64,000 nucleotides of DNA, from NCBI GenBank assembly GCA_964270895.1, contig OZ185435.1; one strand, written 5' to 3'. The notes beneath the pieces were generated by a model. It did no database searches and was not told the origin of the DNA. It was given only the letters and a program-made list of their open reading frames with translations. Positions 58,672-64,000 of the stretch are shown here, in pieces (position 1 is the stretch's first letter; each line of letters starts with the position of its first letter). This DNA is from Podarcis filfolensis (taxonomy: Eukaryota). The position numbers were made by a program, and so were the translations under genes.

Positions 58672-58912
58672 CAGTGGTACCTCTAGTTACGAACTTAATT
58701 CGTTCTGGAGGTCTGTTCTTAACCTGAAACTGTTCTTAACTAGAGGCGTGCTTTCGCTAATGGGGCCTCTTGCTGCCACTGCACCGCTGGCACACGATTT
58801 CTGTTCTCATCCTGGGGCAAAGTTGTCAACTTGTGGTAACTCTTCCAGGTTAGTGGAGTTTGTAACCTGAATCATTTGTAACCTGAGGCGTTTGTAACTC
58901 GAGGTACCACTG
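58672..58912. mobile_element. Tc1/mariner-type MITE
   Basis: TIR CAGTGGTACCTC with TA flanks. Confidence 0.85.
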
Positions 58913-59206
58913 TAATCGATTACTTACTCTCTTCTAATTTTGATAAGAATAACAATTTGGTCCAGTTTTCCATTCAGATTTGATTTGACACCTCTGGAGC
59001 ATGCAAGCTTGCTTCTGTTCAGCATGCACACTTGAACGGCTTCATTACCACCCTTCAAAGGATTTTGCATATGAACTTGCCATTCTACCTTTTTGTCTTC
59101 TCTCAGTAGGCTAGATCTTCTATGCCCTGCTGTAAATCTGAGCTGTCCTGCTGAGGGTTTAGAGTCTAGAGCCCATCTGTTCTTCCATATTTCAGATTTG
59201 GATGCC

Positions 59207-59270
59207 ATGGAGTCAATGGCAGGCATAATGATGAACAAAGGACCAGATTCTAGGAAAAGTGGGATTACAG
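59207..59270 (+). CDS. DUSP-fold gene, probable first coding exon (MESMAGIMMNKGPDSRKSGIT)
   Basis: Acceptor at 59195, GCCATGG Kozak context, donor AG|GTAAGT. Phase 1 fits the exon at 62889. Confidence 0.55.
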
Positions 59271-60204
59271 GTAAGTAAGAGAAGAGAGACAGACCCAATT
59301 CTAAAGGTACCCTCAAAGGGCTTCTATTGCACAGAGATGCTGAAACACACCAGCACACCCAATCTGCAGCCTATTGTTCAGATTTGTGGCAATAGCCTGT
59401 TTCCCTGTGTGAGTCCATTTCCTGTTCTCCCTTTCTTTGTCCCTGCCCCATGGACATGGGTCTTCAAGATGAAACCTCATAATACTAAGTAAGGTCACTG
59501 GTCCACAGAGCCAAGAGAAAGGTCCACAGAGCCAGAGCAAAGATTCAGTCCCTGGCATCTCTAGGTCAGATGGAGAAGGACACTTGTCTGGAGTCTGGAA
59601 GAGGTACTGCCAGTCAATGCAGACAGTTTCAACCAATGGTCTGGCTCAGTAGAAATCAGCTTCATATGTCTCATGTGTAGCTCACTGTTTTCTCCTATGA
59701 ATGGCAGTGGCTCTCTAGGGTCTCAAGTGGAGGTCTTCCTTGGGCTGAGATCCTACCAAGGATTGAATCTGGAGCCTTCTTCTCTGAGTTCATTGGATGC
59801 TTCCCACATCATGCCCCATTTGTAGACTTCCTGGAAGCATCTCACTGACCTCTGTTGTTGTGTGTGCGCTGGATAGGGAACCTGTGGCCCTCTATGTGCT
59901 GTTGGACTCCAGCTCCCATCAACCTCAGCCTTTTGGCCTATAGTCAGGGATGATAGGAGCTGCCATCCAATTTATAGAACCAAAGCTTCCACATCTTTGT
60001 AGCATCATTATATGCCTGTCCATGGTACTGGGGAGTTGTTCGGACTATGAACCTTGACTCTTGCTCTAAATGTTTTGAGTTGATCCTCTGTGGTTGATAC
60101 AATGCATAAGTGCCATTTTAGGCAATCTCTCTTCATGTCAACATGGAAAGTCTTGTGCTTATTGTATCGACCCTCTTACAGAGACTCTGCCTTGTGCAAA
60201 GTAT

Positions 60205-60555
60205 TTCATTTCATTTATTGAATTTATATACCACCCTATACCCGGAGGTCTCAGAGCAGTTCACAAAAAAAAGATCACAATATATAAAATAAAAATAAAA
60301 ACAATGGTCCAATAACACCCCCACCCCCGCAAAGAGCCACATTTTAAATGGTATAGGATGTTGATTAGGTCAGCCAAAGGCCTGGTTAAAAAGGAACGTT
60401 TTTGCCTGGCGCCTAAAGGTGTATAATTAAGGCGCCAGGTGAACTTCCCTGGAAAGAGCATTCCACAGATGGGGAGCCGCTGCAGAGAAGGCCTGTTCTT
60501 GTGTTGCCACCCTCCGGACCTCTTAAGGAGGAGACACCCGAAGGAGTGCCTCACA
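60205..60555 (-). mobile_element. L2 LINE 3' end
   Basis: Same 3' segment as 30060-30400 (GCATTCCACA.ATGGGGAGCC...AGAAGGCCTGTTCTTGTGTT). Confidence 0.75.
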
Positions 60556-60873
60556 GTGCAGTCTCTGGAATACCTTCCCTGGTGCAACATCCCAAGTGTT
60601 TTGCTGCATTAATGCAACACCGTCACTGCTGTGGCGAAATGTCCCTTGCACAGCAGACATAGGACTCATTTGCACAGCTCTTAGATTTTTTAGGTGCTTC
60701 AGTATGTTCTAAACAGTAATAGTATTGTCAACCATAAGCATTGCACGGGATTGGGGTGGTGGTGGCAGCTCACATGTTGCATGCATCAGCTTTAACATGT
60801 GCTTTTATTTTTACTTTTGATGTTATCTGATAAGCCATTCCTTGCCAACATGCATTTTTCTCTCAATTTCCAG

Positions 60874-60945
60874 GCTTGCTTACAAAGCACCTTTGGAAGG
60901 CCTTGCGCCTGTCTTCCCCCGTGGCACTTTCCCAACACTGTACAG
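60874..60945 (+). CDS. DUSP-fold gene, possible 72-nt cassette exon (LLTKHLWKALRLSSPVALSQHCT)
   Basis: TTTCCAG| and AG|GTAGGT, phase 1-1, open frame. No homology support. Confidence 0.35.
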
Positions 60946-62888
60946 GTAGGTGAAGCATGCGATGCATTCCAATATACTATCTGCTTTTGTATTCTGCTCC
61001 TGTGGACCGAATACTGAAACTGAATCTGGACAGTAAGAAAGAATTGGAACATTTGAACGATGGTGACACCATTTGTTGTGACTGTGAGAACAAATCATGC
61101 ACATCAAGGAAATATAGGCACATCTCTATACGTTGCATGAATGAGACAGGTTGGACAAATATACTTTTTCAGGGTACAGAATTTGTTCACAACTCTTAGT
61201 GCAGAATCCAATGAATAGGGCAAAAGTAGCTATTGTCTTCGATGGAGAGATGCTGGCCACACAGCAAAACACTGGATTCTTACAGGGAGGCAAGATGGTA
61301 GCCTGTGCATGTTCAGCAGCTAGAATTTGTTGTTATGGGTTAGATCCCCTTGTGGCTTTCTCCTTGGGCTTTTAATTCAGCAGACTAGTGAAAGGTGAAG
61401 GTGATTTTTGTGGATTCCCCGTTTCTAACCCCTGCCACCTTCCATGTTGTTCTGGAGGGTCCAGATTTTTCAAGGACTGCAGGAAGGATTGGTGAGAATT
61501 GCTTCTTTCCCACCTTCTCTTAGTGGAAGCGTCTGCTGGATCAAAAGCCTTTCTGCAAGCAGTGGAAGAGCAGAATTGGACTCAACCCTATTTACTTCAT
61601 TTATTTCCTGCTTTTCTGCAACAGATCTCACTCAAAGTAGCAATCTTATAATATAAGTGCTGCTTTACCTGGAATAATCTCTGTTGTATAAGCATGTAAA
61701 AAAGAGCATCTTCCAAATTAACAACAAATTGCTTGATTTGAAGCACAGAATACGTAGCCTAACTGTGCATGTTTGGCTGTGGATTTTTGTAACTGGATTG
61801 CAATGGATTAGCAGCCTAGCAGGATGGATTTGTGCTACTGGGAAAAGCTTTGGGTGCTGCAGGAGTTGCTTTGGCGTAAGCCATTTTGTCCTCTGTCACA
61901 GCTACGCTCATTTGTAGGATCAAGGTATTCTCGGGCTTTCAGTATGAACAGATCCTGCTATTTACTAATTAATTTTAATGCATAAACAAGTTAAGGCCTA
62001 GAGCCTCTAATAACTGTCACCCATGTTAACAACACTCAGTGGTGGTTCTTTTTCCATGTTGCCTCTGGAAGGCAAGTGGCACATCATACAGTTATTAACT
62101 GCATGCTCTTTGCTGAAGGCAATGTGCATTTAAACCAGCCTTGCAAGTGCATTTAAACCAGCCTTGCAAATAAGCCCATGAAAGTTACTAGCCTGCAAGC
62201 AAACCTACCAGCTTGCAGAGGATGACAAAGAGCTCAGTCTCTCCTATGGCAGCTTGCTGCACTTCTATGCTGGGTACAGAGAAGGGGAGCTTCCCTCTTC
62301 TTTCAGCAGCCAGCCTGGGTTCTGTTCTGGTTGTAGTGGAGCAATGGAGCGCTCCATCTTTCTGCCAGCTTGCTTACTCACCTGAATGGAATTCCTGATC
62401 ACCTATGACTGCCAGGCTAGTGCTTAAATATCGGGCTGATTCAAAACACACAGGGTTGTTAGTCCTACGCAGAATGGGGCCATTGAAATTAATGGACATG
62501 GCTCACTAAAATCCACTAAGTTCAGCGGCTGTACTGTAAATAGAACATACAAAGGATACAGCTCACACATTTTAAGGAGTAGATGAATCATTTTAATTTG
62601 TTTTCGTTAGTGGTCTATTAGCATATTTTACGTTTATACGCTGAGACAGAGGGAATGCTTATAGAAACGGATGTGACAGCTACCTTCCAGTGAAAGGCTC
62701 TGCTTAAAGCCGTGTGTGTGCTCATGGCAAAATATAATCTAAAGGCAATGGCAGTGGGAGTTGCGTGAAAGGAATTGCCTCTTCCCAGAGGCACAATTCA
62801 TTAGCATTCATGATACGTTGTAGATCTGTGCAAAGGGGAGCTATTTCATGAGCATCTGTTCTTGGGGGGAACCATCATTTTCTTGCAG

Positions 62889-63070
62889 GTTCTTGCCCAG
62901 ACTTGATAATGAGCAGGAATGAAGTGCCGGAACAAAAGAGAGTCCACAGAGAAGCTTCATCTAGGCCTCGGTCACCCATGAAGACTCACCAGACACTCTG
63001 CTTATCCCTCTCATCAGACAATGCCAGGCAATACAGTGGCTTGGTCTCTCTGGAGAACCTTGATACTCAG
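62889..63070 (+). CDS. DUSP-fold gene, internal exon (SCPDLIMSRNEVPEQKRV...SLENLDTQ)
   Basis: TTTTCTTGCAG| and CAG|GTGAGT, 182 nt, open, phase 1 to 0, joins 63196 in frame. Confidence 0.65.
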
Positions 63071-63195
63071 GTGAGTGATGATCTAAGAGACATTTGTTGG
63101 GGAATACACAGTTTGTTGTCTGTCATGCGGCTGCATCAGTTTGTGAATCTAGTAGCAGGAACTTAACTGATACCTTTCTCCTCTTTTTCAAATAG

Positions 63196-64000
63196 ATGAA
63201 ACAAGCCCACAGTGGTGGGGCAGCCAGCAGCACTGGTTCCCTGGAACGGGCATCCTTGTTTTGTGCCTCTGTACCCAGTTCCTCGTCCAAATCCATCCCC
63301 TCCAAGCCAACGGGATCTCCATCCAAGCCCAAGTCTTCCAACTCTTTGTTTTCTCCGTTGCTGCCAAAGGGCAGCTTTGAATTCAATCCTAATCCACCAT
63401 CTGTTTCTAGCTCCAAGAAGCGCCGCAATGGGAGTCTCAAATCCGGGGAGGCCAGTGACCCAAAGCCAAGGGAGCTGCAGGCGGGCTTCGGTTTCTTGGA
63501 ACCGGTCATCGCCAGGGTAACGGACTTCATCTACGTGGGGAACCTCCGTGCGGCTTACAGTGGGCAGGCGCTGTGCAAGAACCAGATTGACAGCATCATT
63601 GACGTGAGCAGCTTGCCTAGCGACTGCAGGCTGAGCTTTATCCCTTGCACCTGCAGCCGAGGGCCCCAGCATAGCTGGTCCCGCCTCAAGGTGCACGTCC
63701 AGGGGCCTTTGGAGGAGGAGCGTCTTTCTCTGCAGCAGCCGTGCTTCTGGGACATCAACCGGTGCCTTGAGGCCTCGCTGGAGAAAAGGAAGCGGGTTCT
63801 GATTCACTGCAGGGATGGCTACTCCCTGGCTCCTACCTGCGTCATCCAGTACCTGATGGTCAAGCACCACATGAGGCTGCTGGCTGCTTATGAGTTTGTC
63901 AGAGCAAGGTACCCAGTGAACATCCGGGAGTGTCACCAAGACCTGCTGGTGGACCTAGAGAGATCTCTGTGGCCTGGAGAGGTGGACATGGAGTGCTCTA
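63196..64000 (+). CDS. Dual-specificity-phosphatase-fold exon, truncated by the window end (…IARVTDFIYVGNLRAAY…RVLIHCRDGYSLAPTCVIQYLMVKHHMRLLAAYEFVRARYP…)
   Basis: Frame stays open for more than 268 codons (missing from the ORF track because there is no stop). DUSP hallmarks: I(T)xxLYxG, VLIHC, xYLM and AYxFV. P-loop is C-X5-L. Confidence 0.88.
   Translation, partial: MKQAHSGGAASSTGSLERASLFCASVPSSSSKSIPSKPTGSPSKPKSSNSLFSPLLPKGSFEFNPNPPSVSSSKKRRNGSLKSGEASDPKPRELQAGFGFLEPVIARVTDFIYVGNLRAAYSGQALCKNQIDSIIDVSSLPSDCRLSFIPCTCSRGPQHSWSRLKVHVQGPLEEERLSLQQPCFWDINRCLEASLEKRKRVLIHCRDGYSLAPTCVIQYLMVKHHMRLLAAYEFVRARYPVNIRECHQDLLVDLERSLWPGEVDMECS

Noticed and set aside
63163-63939. 258-aa minus-strand ORF
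   Set aside because: Antisense shadow of the GC-rich DUSP-fold exon; no recognisable motifs.

Overview
Vertebrate genomic DNA. The Sauria-type SINEs, BovB-, L2- and CR1-like pieces and hAT/Tc1 MITEs point to a squamate, probably a lacertid lizard (inference). Three spliced genes can be built from GT-AG exons in compatible phases. (1) A minus-strand cytosolic 5'-nucleotidase I family gene with 6 coding exons (23311->10359, 315 aa), divergent from NT5C1A/B. (2) Plus-strand SYT8 with 8 coding exons (37795-53183, 395 aa), which keeps 9 of the 10 Syt1-type Ca2+ ligands. (3) A plus-strand DUSP-fold gene starting near a CpG island (about 56.8-57.3 kb) and running off the window end, whose P-loop reads HCRDGYSL (C-X5-L), suggesting a pseudophosphatase. 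The most unusual object is a very young Copia-type LTR element (11325-14703) in the last intron of the nucleotidase gene. It has 455-bp LTRs differing at one base and a CTGGT target-site duplication. Its single intact 700-aa ORF has a zinc knuckle, a protease and an integrase lacking the HHCC domain and the catalytic Glu, with no capsid, RT or RNase H. Right after its tRNA-iMet primer-binding site it carries a sense copy of the tRNA-iMet 3' half including CCA, which can fold back onto the PBS in priming geometry. Also present: an L1 nested in a solo LTR, LTR-like elements with internal ORFs, a perfect 31-bp-arm palindrome, a roughly 260-bp foldback and many MITEs and SINEs. All calls were made by eye, without database searches.
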